From: Selaginella moellendorffii
Lineage: Eukaryota; Plantae; Lycopodiophyta
DNA: 64,000 bases
Assembly: GCF_000143415.4 (NCBI RefSeq)
Contig: NW_003314301.1
Location: forward strand, 716,336 to 780,335
Reading direction: 5' to 3'
The notes beneath the pieces were generated by a model that did no database searches, had not been told where the DNA came from, and worked only from the letters and a program-made list of their open reading frames with translations. This document shows positions 11,791-21,928 of the stretch, one piece after another (position 1 is the stretch's first letter; each line of letters opens with the position of its first letter). The position numbers were made by a program, and so were the translations under genes.

Positions 11791-12186
11791 ATCTTTATCC
11801 ATTCTTTTTAGGACATGTAGAGAGTTTTATTGTGTCTTCCAATGTGGACCATTTTGGTATGAATTGTTTGATATGCAACTAATTTCAAGGAAGTTATCTT
11901 TCTTTGACGTGGTTCTGCCTCCCATTCAACGAGCTTGGATGTTACAAAAAGGACTCCACGACTAAGATGTGCGAGGATAAATTCTAGGACAAGAAATGAC
12001 ATAGCAAAGTCATATCAAGATGTTTAGTGATTCACGTCGTGAAGCCCGCCACTTTGATACGCTCATAGGCACCCACGATCTGTCAAAAAATTATACAAGA
12101 TGTTACAAACAAACATTTCTTCTTTCCATGATGTAAGTTGTTGTTCCAGTGGGATCAAACTCCTGGTGACAAGTTTTCGTGCATGA

Positions 12187-14568
12187 ATGCCTTCTTCGGA
12201 CTCGGCAGTGCCGAGCCTGCAAGAATGCATCGCGCTGATAACTTCTTCCAGGAGCCTGTCTCAAGCCAAGCAGATCCACAGTCGGGTTTCTTCCAGCAGC
12301 CACCGAGGGACTTATCTTTCGAATCTTCTCATTCAAATGTATGGGAGATATGGAAGTGTGGCCGATGCTCGCTCAGTCTTCGATGCTGTGGTCGCCAAGA
12401 ACTCCTTCACTTGGAACTTGATGCTGTCAGCATATGCCAAGAACGGGCATTTGCTGAGGGCTAAAGAGGTTTACGACTCCATGCCTGGGAAGGACTTGGT
12501 TTCATGCAATGGAATGCTTGCTGCGTACTCGCAGGCCGGGAAACTGGGTGACGCTGTCGAGTTTTTCCGAACGATGCAAGAGAAGGATTTGGTGTCGTGG
12601 AACACCGTTCTTGCAGCTTTTACAAAGGCCAGAGATTTGAGAGGAGCCAGGAAGATTTTCAGCGACATGCCGAGGAAGAATCTAGTTTCGTGGAACACAA
12701 TGCTGGCCGCTATATCACAAAATGAAGAGATTGAGGTGTTGGAGATGTTTTTTGATGGAATGGAAGAAAAAGACGTGGTTTCTCATAATACGATGATCAA
12801 TGCATATGGCAAAGCTGGGCATATTGAGAAAGCGAGAAAGATATTTGATTACTTGCAAGAGAAAAAATTGGTTTCCTGGAATTCAATGCTATCAGTCTAC
12901 TCGCATCATGGTCTACTTGACGAAGCAAGAATTGTGTTTGAAGAAATGCCTGAGCGAGACACAATTTCTTGGAACTCTATGCTAGCAGCATATATTCAAA
13001 GCGGGAATTTGCGAGAAGCGTTGTCCTTGTTAGAAAGGATGCCAAGAAAAAATTTGGTGTCATACAACTTAATTCTAAGCGCTTTAGCCGCTCAAGGTCT
13101 CTTTGACGAAGCAAAGGAATTCTTTGCTACAATTCCCAATCCAAGCATTATCTCGTGGAATACACTCCTTGCTGCATATACTCCAATTGGACATCTTGAC
13201 GAGATCATCAAGCTTTACGACCAAATTCCAAACAAGGATATAGTCTCAGGCACGGCACTCTTGAATGCCTTTTCTGAAAATGGGAAACTTGAGCAAGCAA
13301 AGATGGTATTTGATGCAATGGAGAAATGGGACCTTGTGTCAATGAATGCAATGCTAGCGGCATTTTGTGACAATGGGAGCTCGTTCAATGCCAAGGAGAT
13401 GCTCAGTTGGATGTGTGCTCGGAATCTTAGCTCTTGGAACTGCGTTCTCCGATCATTTGCTCTTGGTGGGGATCTTGACGAGACAAAGAGGTTATTTGAC
13501 AAAATGCCCGAGTGGGACCAAATGTCTTACAATTTCATGCTTGCGGCATATGTCTCAGGCGGGCATCAGGATCTTGCTAAAGTAATGTACGAAACACTAC
13601 TGCCTGAGAAAGATTCCTTTTCACACGTAGCCATGCTAAGTGCCTACACTGTACAGGGCAAGGTTGACGATGCAAAGCTTTTGTTTGATAGCATGCCATA
13701 CAGGTCTCTTTTCATTTGGAACTCTATGCTTTCGGCATATGCCCAAAACGGTCATCCGGACAATGCAAAAAATCATTTTGATACCATGCCCGCGTGGGAC
13801 ATTGTTTCTTGGACCTCTTTATTATATTCCAGAAACTATCAAGGAAATGTGGAGGAAGCGAAGGAGTTGTTTGAGAGGATGCCTGAGCGAGATCTAATTG
13901 CATGGAATGCTATGTTGTCAGGACATTCCCAACACAGGCATTTAGAAGACTCAAAGTGCCTGTTTGATTTGATGCCTTCCCACAATATTGTCTCTTACAA
14001 CACTCTGATGGCAGCTTACTCTCAGCATGGATACATCGAGGATGCCCTCTTGGTCTTCCAGAAAATGAGACACAGGAACTCTATTTCGTGGAACACTCTA
14101 CTTGTGTCATATGCTCAAAATGGGCATACGAATACTGCAAAGGCGTTTTTCTCAACCTTGCCCGAGCAAAATCTGGTTTCTTGGAATGTAGTAATTGGAA
14201 TGTATGCTTTAAATGGGCAAACCGCACAATCCTTGGAGCTCTTTAGAAACTGTGTTGCTGATGGTGTCAAGCTGGATGATGTATCTTTTACCTCTGCATT
14301 GATTGCTTTGAGCCATAGCGGTGAGGTTGACGATTCCATTTTTCTCTTTAAATCGATGATAACAGACTACTTAGTAACGCCTGGCAAGCAACAATATGGT
14401 TGTATCATCTCCTTGTTTGCTCGTGGAGGATATGATAGATCCTGTAAAGAACTCATTGATACAATGCCTTTCTTTCCTGATACTCACGACTGGACGTGCC
14501 TGGCAAGTGCCAATAGAATCTACAAATCTATGGGGCATCACAATACACGAAAAACAAATGCCAGTTAG
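12187..14568 (+). CDS. PPR protein, long array of 31-aa short repeats plus partial E domain, no DYW
   Basis: Repeated D/N-xxSWNxML...F..M units with 31-aa periodicity; ends YGCIISLFARGG..MPFFPD..W. Confidence 0.93.
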   Translation: MPSSDSAVPSLQECIALITSSRSLSQAKQIHSRVSSSSHRGTYLSNLLIQMYGRYGSVADARSVFDAVVAKNSFTWNLMLSAYAKNGHLLRAKEVYDSMPGKDLVSCNGMLAAYSQAGKLGDAVEFFRTMQEKDLVSWNTVLAAFTKARDLRGARKIFSDMPRKNLVSWNTMLAAISQNEEIEVLEMFFDGMEEKDVVSHNTMINAYGKAGHIEKARKIFDYLQEKKLVSWNSMLSVYSHHGLLDEARIVFEEMPERDTISWNSMLAAYIQSGNLREALSLLERMPRKNLVSYNLILSALAAQGLFDEAKEFFATIPNPSIISWNTLLAAYTPIGHLDEIIKLYDQIPNKDIVSGTALLNAFSENGKLEQAKMVFDAMEKWDLVSMNAMLAAFCDNGSSFNAKEMLSWMCARNLSSWNCVLRSFALGGDLDETKRLFDKMPEWDQMSYNFMLAAYVSGGHQDLAKVMYETLLPEKDSFSHVAMLSAYTVQGKVDDAKLLFDSMPYRSLFIWNSMLSAYAQNGHPDNAKNHFDTMPAWDIVSWTSLLYSRNYQGNVEEAKELFERMPERDLIAWNAMLSGHSQHRHLEDSKCLFDLMPSHNIVSYNTLMAAYSQHGYIEDALLVFQKMRHRNSISWNTLLVSYAQNGHTNTAKAFFSTLPEQNLVSWNVVIGMYALNGQTAQSLELFRNCVADGVKLDDVSFTSALIALSHSGEVDDSIFLFKSMITDYLVTPGKQQYGCIISLFARGGYDRSCKELIDTMPFFPDTHDWTCLASANRIYKSMGHHNTRKTNAS

Positions 14569-15831
14569 CAGAAGCATCTCGCATGCTTGGTAACAGAGCA
14601 AGCTTAGACTTGGTTGAAAGGTACCTGGGATGTAAGTCATGTCCAACTTCGCCATGTCCTTGTCGGTCTCGCATTCCCCACTAGGCTGGAGCTTGTGTCA
14701 CTGAGCCCTCTCTCACACTCGAGCCACCTCTTCATGCCGCGAAAAATTCCTCACGACTTTGTTCTTCGCACGATCATCGACTGCTCCTACTCTCTCACAT
14801 GCTTCTCCGGTTCCGGACGGCATTTATTACGAGCATAGCAATGTGGTCTTGGTTTACAATTTTGCAGCAATCTCGCGAGCGCATGACGAAGTAGTGCACG
14901 AGAGCCTCTTCTTGTGCTGTCAACTCTGATATCCTGGATGGTTGATTCTTGGACCTCGGACGTCCGAGAAAACAGCAAGCTGCATATTTCTCAAGTGATG
15001 ACGTCGAATCAGATCCACAACTCTTTGTTTACCTCGCTGAATCCCCCACCCTTGTAGCGGAAGGTGGTCGCGCCCCGTTTGTCAACATACCATCATTTTC
15101 GTTCTCTCTTTCTTTTTTCTTCGTCCCTGCGGTGCTGCTGCTGCTGCTTGCTCGAAGTACCAGCTGCCGATGCCACTGCGCACATTCCCCCACACGCTTC
15201 AAACTCTGGCTTGATCTCTAGCTTCACTTTCTCTATAACGAGCAAGGTCGGGTTTGCACTCGTACGCCGCCAGACCCTCGCACCACTAAGTAGAATCTTG
15301 CGTAGGGAACCAGATGGTTTTCAGACTCATGAAGCTCCTCGCTTCCATCAACAAAGAAGTGGAACTTCTCAGCTCTTGGCTCCTGCGCTCCTCGGCAAAC
15401 TACACTGCCTCTTCCATGGAACCGATCTTCTGGATGGGCGATTGCACGGATTGCAAATCACTGTATCCCAGAACCTCGTCGAACAGAATAGAGTTGCTTA
15501 TCCAAGAGTATGCTCCCGATTCTTGCGATAAATGGCTGTAACTTCAGTGGTTAATAAGAGTTCAGCCAATCTTTCCTTGATGCCATCTGGTGGAAACTGC
15601 AAGCCACTGCTCTAAAATCAACTTACTCACGCTCTTGGAACCGTAAATGAGATGGTGTACCAAAAATCGCAGACATACCTGCTCACAGTTGCTCTTATGC
15701 CTGGAGGCGGCCTTAAACTCAGGCGGCCCATTCCAACGTATCTTTGTGGACTTGGTTCACTGGCATAATTGTATCACTTCGTAATCTCTCTTGAAACCGC
15801 CAAGGCGCATTAGGGTTTTAGAATTCTGGAC

Positions 15832-17447
15832 ATGTCTTCTCTGGATGCATTGCTGGAAAGAGGAGTGTGGCTTCTGGAAACGCCTTGCAGCAGGATTGAC
15901 ACTGTTGGGTTTGCTTTGAAAGGTTGTGAGTGCAGCTTTCAAGACTTGAGCAAGTTTGATTTCTGCAAAAACGTGACAAGCAAGACGGAGAAGGAGCCGC
16001 ACAAGTTCCGTGTGATTCGAGACGACTTGCTGCACCCGACGCTCGGTGGAAACAAAATCAGAAAGCTCGACGCTGTGGTCCCGTTCCTCAAGGACGAGGA
16101 AATCACTGATGTGGTACGCACTTCGCTGTTTTTTGTTCTTTCTTTTCTTTCTTTGAAGCGATTTCAATGTCTGTCAGGTGACTTGTGGAGGCTGTCAAAG
16201 TGCTCATGCTGCTGCTGTAGGTACGGAAAAAAGACTTTAAGAATTCTCTAGTTTTATACTTCTTCTTCTTTTCTATCTAACGTGTTTTCTCAGCTCAGCT
16301 GTGGCGTGTGCTGAGCATGGGATGTCGGCTCATTTGCTGCTACGAGGTGAAAAAATTGAAGTCACGACTGGATATAACTTGATATCGGAGGTTTATGGAA
16401 ACGTGGTGTATGTTCCAAGAACCGAGTATGCCGATCGACAAAAAATGTTAAGCTCGCATATGGAACGTGTTGCTTGTCCTGAAGAACCAGTTCTTTGGTT
16501 GAATGGCAACTCTATCACCAGAGAAACAATCACTCCTTCAGAAAGCTCTAAATTGCTTGAACCCGGAAGAGGAAGAAGAAAATGGGCCGTGCTTGGAGAA
16601 GGTGGTGCGAGTGGTCTAGCACTTCTCGGTGAGTGATTTTCAACTTTGATATGTTTGTATCTCTAATCTTTTGTCCGTGCGTTCTAAGATCAGGCTTTAT
16701 AAGACTTGTAAGATGGCTAAGCGAAAATGAAGTCTTCGAACGAGATGACAAGATCAAAATCGTGGTCGATTCTGGCACTGGAACATCCGCCATTGGCCTG
16801 GCTCTAGGAATCGCGTTGCTCGGGTATGCTCGAGTTTAAATCCTTTTGGTGGTATATATCCTTTCTTCCAGCCTTCACCAGTGGGAGATTGTTGGTGTAA
16901 TGCTCTCCGGTTCTCGCGAGTACTACGAGAGACAAACGAAGAACCTTGTCACTGGTTTTCTTCAGCAGTTTCGCTGCGATCAGTCGGCAGAGGCTTTGAG
17001 CTTAAATCTTGTTTGGGAGGAGAGGAAACGAGTACGCAGGTATGATTTATATATAAGCTTGCGAGCTACAGTATAATAGTATGATAGCACAGGTTTGGAA
17101 AGATTTATGGAGGGGAGATCGGTGCTTGCAAGAGTATAGCCCGACAAACTGGCATTTTGCTAGACCCGATTTACACACTCGCTGCGTGGGAAGTCGCGAT
17201 AGAGTTGTCTTGGAACGAAACAGCAGACAAAGTCGCTATTCTTCACACTGGTGGGGCACTGGGCCTCTTTGGCCTGGCACAGACAAATCCGCAGGAATTC
17301 TCTCAAACTCGTGAATACGCTCCTCCGAAGGTACGCAGAAACAATTCTTTTCTTTCCTTTTTAAGGATCGAACAAATATCTGTGTCAAGTGGTCCTGTCT
17401 TTCAGCAGCTTTCTCTCGCAAGGCACACTAAATCTGGCCGAAGTTGA
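15832..17447 (+). CDS. D-cysteine desulfhydrase 2-like (PLP enzyme, ACC deaminase family), multi-exon; 3' end uncertain (17447, or ~17505 if a further intron is spliced)
   Basis: RDDLLHPTLGGNKIRKLD, TCGGCQSAH, VDSGTGTSAIGL, LDPIYT, LHTGGALGLFG across GT-AG introns. Confidence 0.9.
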
Positions 17448-17888
17448 CAATTCGAAGGATCTCCGGATCATAGAAGGAGGGCGTGGGAAAGTGGCAAGAA
17501 ACTAATGGGAAAAAGTTGCGGCTGTGGGGACATCTTTAACAGCAGCTCCATTCTCCATGAACAAGACCCCGGTTCCAACTGCAAGTCAAGACCAGTAACA
17601 GCTTCCGGCCCGAGCTTGGAGGGCTGGAATGAACCCAAGCAAGACAAACCAAAGAAAGCAGCAAAAATATCCCACCAGTTTCAAGGTTTGCGTGGTCAAT
17701 CAAGAAGCGCAAGAGCATTGGCAACCTGCGAGTACCTCAGATGAGCTTGCCATCGTTGAGCCTGCGCACCTGATGGCCTGATGCCTTCGTGGGCATCACG
17801 ACTCGCGACTTTAAGCAGCTCAAGAGGGAAAAGCAGGCAAGGTTTCGTTTTTCTGGGATGGTAAGTCTTAGGCGGTGATGGTGTAGCC

Positions 17889-20588
17889 ATGGCGAGAGTT
17901 TTCATAGCGATGGTTCTCCTGGTTTTTGGTCTCGGGATTGGTAGCATCAGCTGCGACAGCGACGAAGAAGTGCTGCTAGCTTTGAAGCAGGGTCTACTCG
18001 ATGGCAGTGGAGCGATGAGGAACTGGATCGCAGGGACTGGGTTTTGCAACTGGACAGGGATTCAGTGTGACCAACAAGATCATGTCGAGTCCATCATCTT
18101 GCCAAACAGGCTCCTCCAGGGAAGTCTTACCTTGGAGCTGGGAAGGCTCCAGCATCTCAAAGTTCTCAATTTGGAGCTCAATAACTTGACCGGGAGCATT
18201 CCACAAACTCTGGAGAATTGCTCGTCGCTGGCAAACATCTCGCTCGGATCAAACCAGCTGAGTGGTAGGATTCCTCTTCACTTGGACAGGCTTCCTGGGC
18301 TTCAAAGGCTTGACTTGTGGAACAATCTCCTCCAAGGACCCATCCCGGCCTCCCTAGGAAACGCTACCAGGATCGACTATTTCAGCCTCGGCCAAAACTT
18401 TCTCTCCGGGGCTATCCCTCCGGAGCTCGGCCGGCTTTCCAGGTTGCAAATCCTTCGGCTCTTCACGAACAACTTTGTTGGATCCTTCCCGGTTTTCTTC
18501 ACGAACTGTACAAACCTCCAGATCATGAGCATCAGGAACAATTCTCTCACCGGTTTCATACCACCCGAGCTCGATCGGCTTGTTCTTCTCCAGCAACTTC
18601 GCATCCAGTCCAATTTTTTCGAAGGCTCCATTCCTCCCCACATTGGCAACATGACCAGCCTTTACTACATCGACATCTCCAGCAACAGGCTCTCGGGAAA
18701 CATTCCAAGAGCTCTCGGCTCGCTCGCAAACTTACAGGAGCTCTATCTCAACAACAACACTCTCTCGGGAAGGATTCCGGAAGAAATGATCGGATGCCGA
18801 AGCCTGGGAACTCTAGACTTGTCACACAACCAGCTCGAGGGTCCTCTTCCACAAAACATTGGTAGCTTTGGCCTGACCAACTTAACTTTGGATCACAACA
18901 TCATCTCCGGGAGCATACCACCAAGTTTTGGAAATTTGAGGCTCATCAACTTGGATCTCTCGCACAACCGCTTAAGTGGCAGCTTGCCTTCCACTCTTGC
19001 CAGCCTCAAGAACATCCAGCTCGCGTTTAACTTGGCATATAATTCCCTCAGCGGCAGGATACCAGCTTGGCTTGGCGATTTCCAGGTGGTGCAAAACATC
19101 TCTCTCCAGGGGAACAACTTCTCCGGGGAGATCCCCGAGAGCTTGGGCGATTGCGTGGGCTTGCAGTCACTGGACCTCTCGTTGAATCGGCTCACAGGCT
19201 CCATCCCAAGCTCGCTCGGATCGCTAAGGTTTTTGGTCTCGTTAAATCTCTCCATGAACGACCTCGAAGGTCGTGTTCCCGACGAAGGCTCTCTAAAGTC
19301 GTTCACGGAAGAATCGTTTGCTGGAAACGCACGACTGTGTGGAGCCCCAGTTAACAGGACGTGTGATTCCAGAGAAGCTGGTGGTAACAAGGCAAGGATC
19401 ATCATCATTTCGGCTTCCATTGGTGGTTCGTGCTTCGTGGTGATTTTGGTCGCGACTTGGTTGACACTACGTTGCTGTTTCTCTCGAGATAATCCAGTCG
19501 CTATGGCAGAGGGAGATGATCACGCCGAAGAGCTACGAGAATATGCCGGGCCACTTATGTCCTTCACAGCCGAGGAACTTCGAAACATCACGGATGATTT
19601 CTCCCAGGAAAATCTCATCGGTGTTGGTGGCTTCTGCCGCGTCTACAAAGCCAAACTCAACAAAGAGTTTGTAGCAGTCAAGCTCTTACGGCTCGACATG
19701 GCTGGTAACGAAGTGAGCAAGAGTTTCTTCGCGGAAGTGAAGATTCTTAGCCAAGTGAGACACAGGAACCTTGTTCGATTGCTGGGACATTGCTGGTCGA
19801 GCCAGGCCAAAGCTCTCGTTCTCGAGTTTCTACCCAATGGAAGCCTTGAGCAGCATCTTAAAGGTGGCACGCTTGACTGGGAGACGAGGTTTTCTATCGC
19901 TCTCGGCGTGGCAAACGGGATGGTTTACTTGCACCAAGAGTTTGATTCACCGATCATACATTGCGATCTAAAGCCGGCCAATGTTCTCTTGGATCTGGAC
20001 TTCCAGCCCCACGTCACAGACTTTGGCATCTCAAGGATCGCTCAACCGGACGAGCATGCAACGATCAGTGCTTTTAGAGGCTCCATTGGATATACTCCAC
20101 CTGGTATGTACTATATCAAACTTGTATCGATATCCATTGTCCTGACAATGTGTTGTTTCTGTGTCATTTTCCAAGAATATGGAAACTCTGCGAGCATTAC
20201 CACCAAAGGTGATGTTTACAGCTATGGGATTCTCTTGCTGGAGCTAGTAACAGGCAAGTCTCCGACGAGTGGAATGTTTGGAATCACTTCCACACTTCAA
20301 GAGTGGGTTCAAGACTCGTTCCCTTTGGCAGTCTCCAAGATTGTTGATCCTAGGCTTGGATCACAGTCGCAATATTATGAGCTCGAGATCCTGGAGGTGA
20401 TCAGGGTCGCTTTGCTATGCACTTCGTTTCTTCCAGCAATGAGACCATCAATGCGACAAGTTCTCAATTCCATCGCGAAGCTCAGATGTGACCAGCAACT
20501 CAAGCCTATAGGATCACTCATTTCCTCTCCAAGTCCATATACATTTCCCGGAAGACAAAACTTTGAAGCACACTCTGATAAGCTATAG
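17889..20588 (+). CDS. LRR receptor-like kinase, non-RD; one intron at 20104-20175
   Basis: Signal peptide, tandem LxLxxNxLSGxIP repeats, TM helix, kinase GVGGFCRVY, HCDLKPANVLLD, DFG, GSIGYTPP|EYG. Confidence 0.96.
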   Translation: MARVFIAMVLLVFGLGIGSISCDSDEEVLLALKQGLLDGSGAMRNWIAGTGFCNWTGIQCDQQDHVESIILPNRLLQGSLTLELGRLQHLKVLNLELNNLTGSIPQTLENCSSLANISLGSNQLSGRIPLHLDRLPGLQRLDLWNNLLQGPIPASLGNATRIDYFSLGQNFLSGAIPPELGRLSRLQILRLFTNNFVGSFPVFFTNCTNLQIMSIRNNSLTGFIPPELDRLVLLQQLRIQSNFFEGSIPPHIGNMTSLYYIDISSNRLSGNIPRALGSLANLQELYLNNNTLSGRIPEEMIGCRSLGTLDLSHNQLEGPLPQNIGSFGLTNLTLDHNIISGSIPPSFGNLRLINLDLSHNRLSGSLPSTLASLKNIQLAFNLAYNSLSGRIPAWLGDFQVVQNISLQGNNFSGEIPESLGDCVGLQSLDLSLNRLTGSIPSSLGSLRFLVSLNLSMNDLEGRVPDEGSLKSFTEESFAGNARLCGAPVNRTCDSREAGGNKARIIIISASIGGSCFVVILVATWLTLRCCFSRDNPVAMAEGDDHAEELREYAGPLMSFTAEELRNITDDFSQENLIGVGGFCRVYKAKLNKEFVAVKLLRLDMAGNEVSKSFFAEVKILSQVRHRNLVRLLGHCWSSQAKALVLEFLPNGSLEQHLKGGTLDWETRFSIALGVANGMVYLHQEFDSPIIHCDLKPANVLLDLDFQPHVTDFGISRIAQPDEHATISAFRGSIGYTPPGMYYIKLVSISIVLTMCCFCVIFQEYGNSASITTKGDVYSYGILLLELVTGKSPTSGMFGITSTLQEWVQDSFPLAVSKIVDPRLGSQSQYYELEILEVIRVALLCTSFLPAMRPSMRQVLNSIAKLRCDQQLKPIGSLISSPSPYTFPGRQNFEAHSDKL

Positions 20589-20780
20589 CTAATGAACAGA
20601 AACCGAGGAAAAGCTCCATACCTTTATGAGAGTGACATGCCAGGTTTTCGATCGAATCCTTCTCCGCCTTGTCCATGTCATTCCTTCCGACCAGAGCCGC
20701 ATTTCTAGCAGTGAATCCGATAGAACCCAATCTCGCGCTATTAGCTTATAGAACTTTAAACTTCTATTTGTTAAAGACAA

Positions 20781-20869
20781 CCGATCTTAGCTCAGTTGGT
20801 AGAGCGGAGGACTGTAGTGTTTGCTGTTCAGAGATCCTTAGGTCGCTGGTTCGATTCCGGCAGATCGGA
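20781..20869 (+). tRNA. tRNA-Tyr(GTA) with 16-nt intron (20818-20833)
   Basis: Acceptor stem CCGATCT/AGATCGG, D-arm TAGCTCAGTTGGTAGAGC, anticodon loop CTGTAG, T-loop GGTTCGATTCC; CAA immediately upstream. Confidence 0.96.
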
Positions 20870-20902
20870 AATTTCTAATGCAAAGCAATTGCTTTGCAAT
20901 GT

Positions 20903-21928
20903 TTAAGACCTTTTATCGCTCTTCCTTCTTCGTTTCTTTGGACGATCATCTTCGACAGGACTTGATTGTCTCGAGTGAGCATGATCCAGTCTATTCTCAA
21001 CGCGAATGCTGGGAAACGCAGCTTCAAGGGCACCAAAGAATCTTTTCCATCCCACGTAAACACCCTCGATCACCATCGCAGTGATGTCCCTTGGGACTTC
21101 ATCGACCGAGCCCTGAGCAATCCGGAAACATTCCAGGTAGTCATCCCTGTCCACGAAATCGGGAGCCTTTCGCCAGCTTCCTCGAGCCTTGTCAACCAGA
21201 AGAACATTGGGAGAAACCATTGTCACACTCTGCAAGATGTGTGCCAGCATGATCCTTCCAGTTCTCCCGTTTCCATCCACAAAGGGATGGATGCTCTCGT
21301 ACTGGAAGAAGAACCTCCCGCCGAGTTTGAGTAGCTTCGTGATTTTGTCTTCCTGTGATCTGCTGCCACTGAGAATTTTGCTGAGATCTCTGCTCGTCTT
21401 CCTCACGAGACCCCTGAGCGCTGAATCGATTCTCTCGGGTTTCATGAAGAAATGCTTGCCGTCTTTGGTGTCTACATAGACAACCTCGGATAAGTTCCTC
21501 AATCTCCCCGCGATGCTGGGACGAGTGAAACAAAACATCGACTTGTGAGACTCGAGAAGCAAACCAATCCCTCCGCTCCCAAATTTCTCCTCGCCCGGTC
21601 GAAAGAACCATGGAACCAGTGCTTGATTCAGCCCCCAGACGTTCTTGATTCTCTCGTCACAGTCGTCGTGCATCTCCATACCCAGGACTCCATCCTTGTG
21701 AATTGCTTGTTGGGTCTCCTGCAAGGTATCAAAGCCTTCGCCCTCGATCTTGTTCACCTGGAAGAGCCATTCTGTGGTGGCTCGAGGTGAGTAAACCTTC
21801 GCTGCCCAATCCTTTTCTGGAGCTCCTAGGTTCTCGTACCTTGAGCACATTCGTGTAATCTCTTCCACCATAGCGCTCGTGCTCATCCCCTTTTGCCGCC
21901 AGAAAGGCTTCTCTCTGTACTCCTCCAT
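20903..21928 (-). CDS. Fic/DOC domain protein (putative AMP-transferase)
   Basis: Canonical motif HPFVDGNGRTGR; upstream VNKIEG resembles the autoinhibitory helix; C-terminal RPKKRRRK; intronless 341 aa. Confidence 0.9.
   Translation of the reverse strand: MEEYREKPFWRQKGMSTSAMVEEITRMCSRYENLGAPEKDWAAKVYSPRATTEWLFQVNKIEGEGFDTLQETQQAIHKDGVLGMEMHDDCDERIKNVWGLNQALVPWFFRPGEEKFGSGGIGLLLESHKSMFCFTRPSIAGRLRNLSEVVYVDTKDGKHFFMKPERIDSALRGLVRKTSRDLSKILSGSRSQEDKITKLLKLGGRFFFQYESIHPFVDGNGRTGRIMLAHILQSVTMVSPNVLLVDKARGSWRKAPDFVDRDDYLECFRIAQGSVDEVPRDITAMVIEGVYVGWKRFFGALEAAFPSIRVENRLDHAHSRQSSPVEDDRPKKRRRKSDKRS

Noticed and set aside
14570-15800. Short ORFs on both strands, duplicated at 1-1200
   Set aside because: Their similarity is explained by the duplication; frames differ between copies and no protein family is recognisable.
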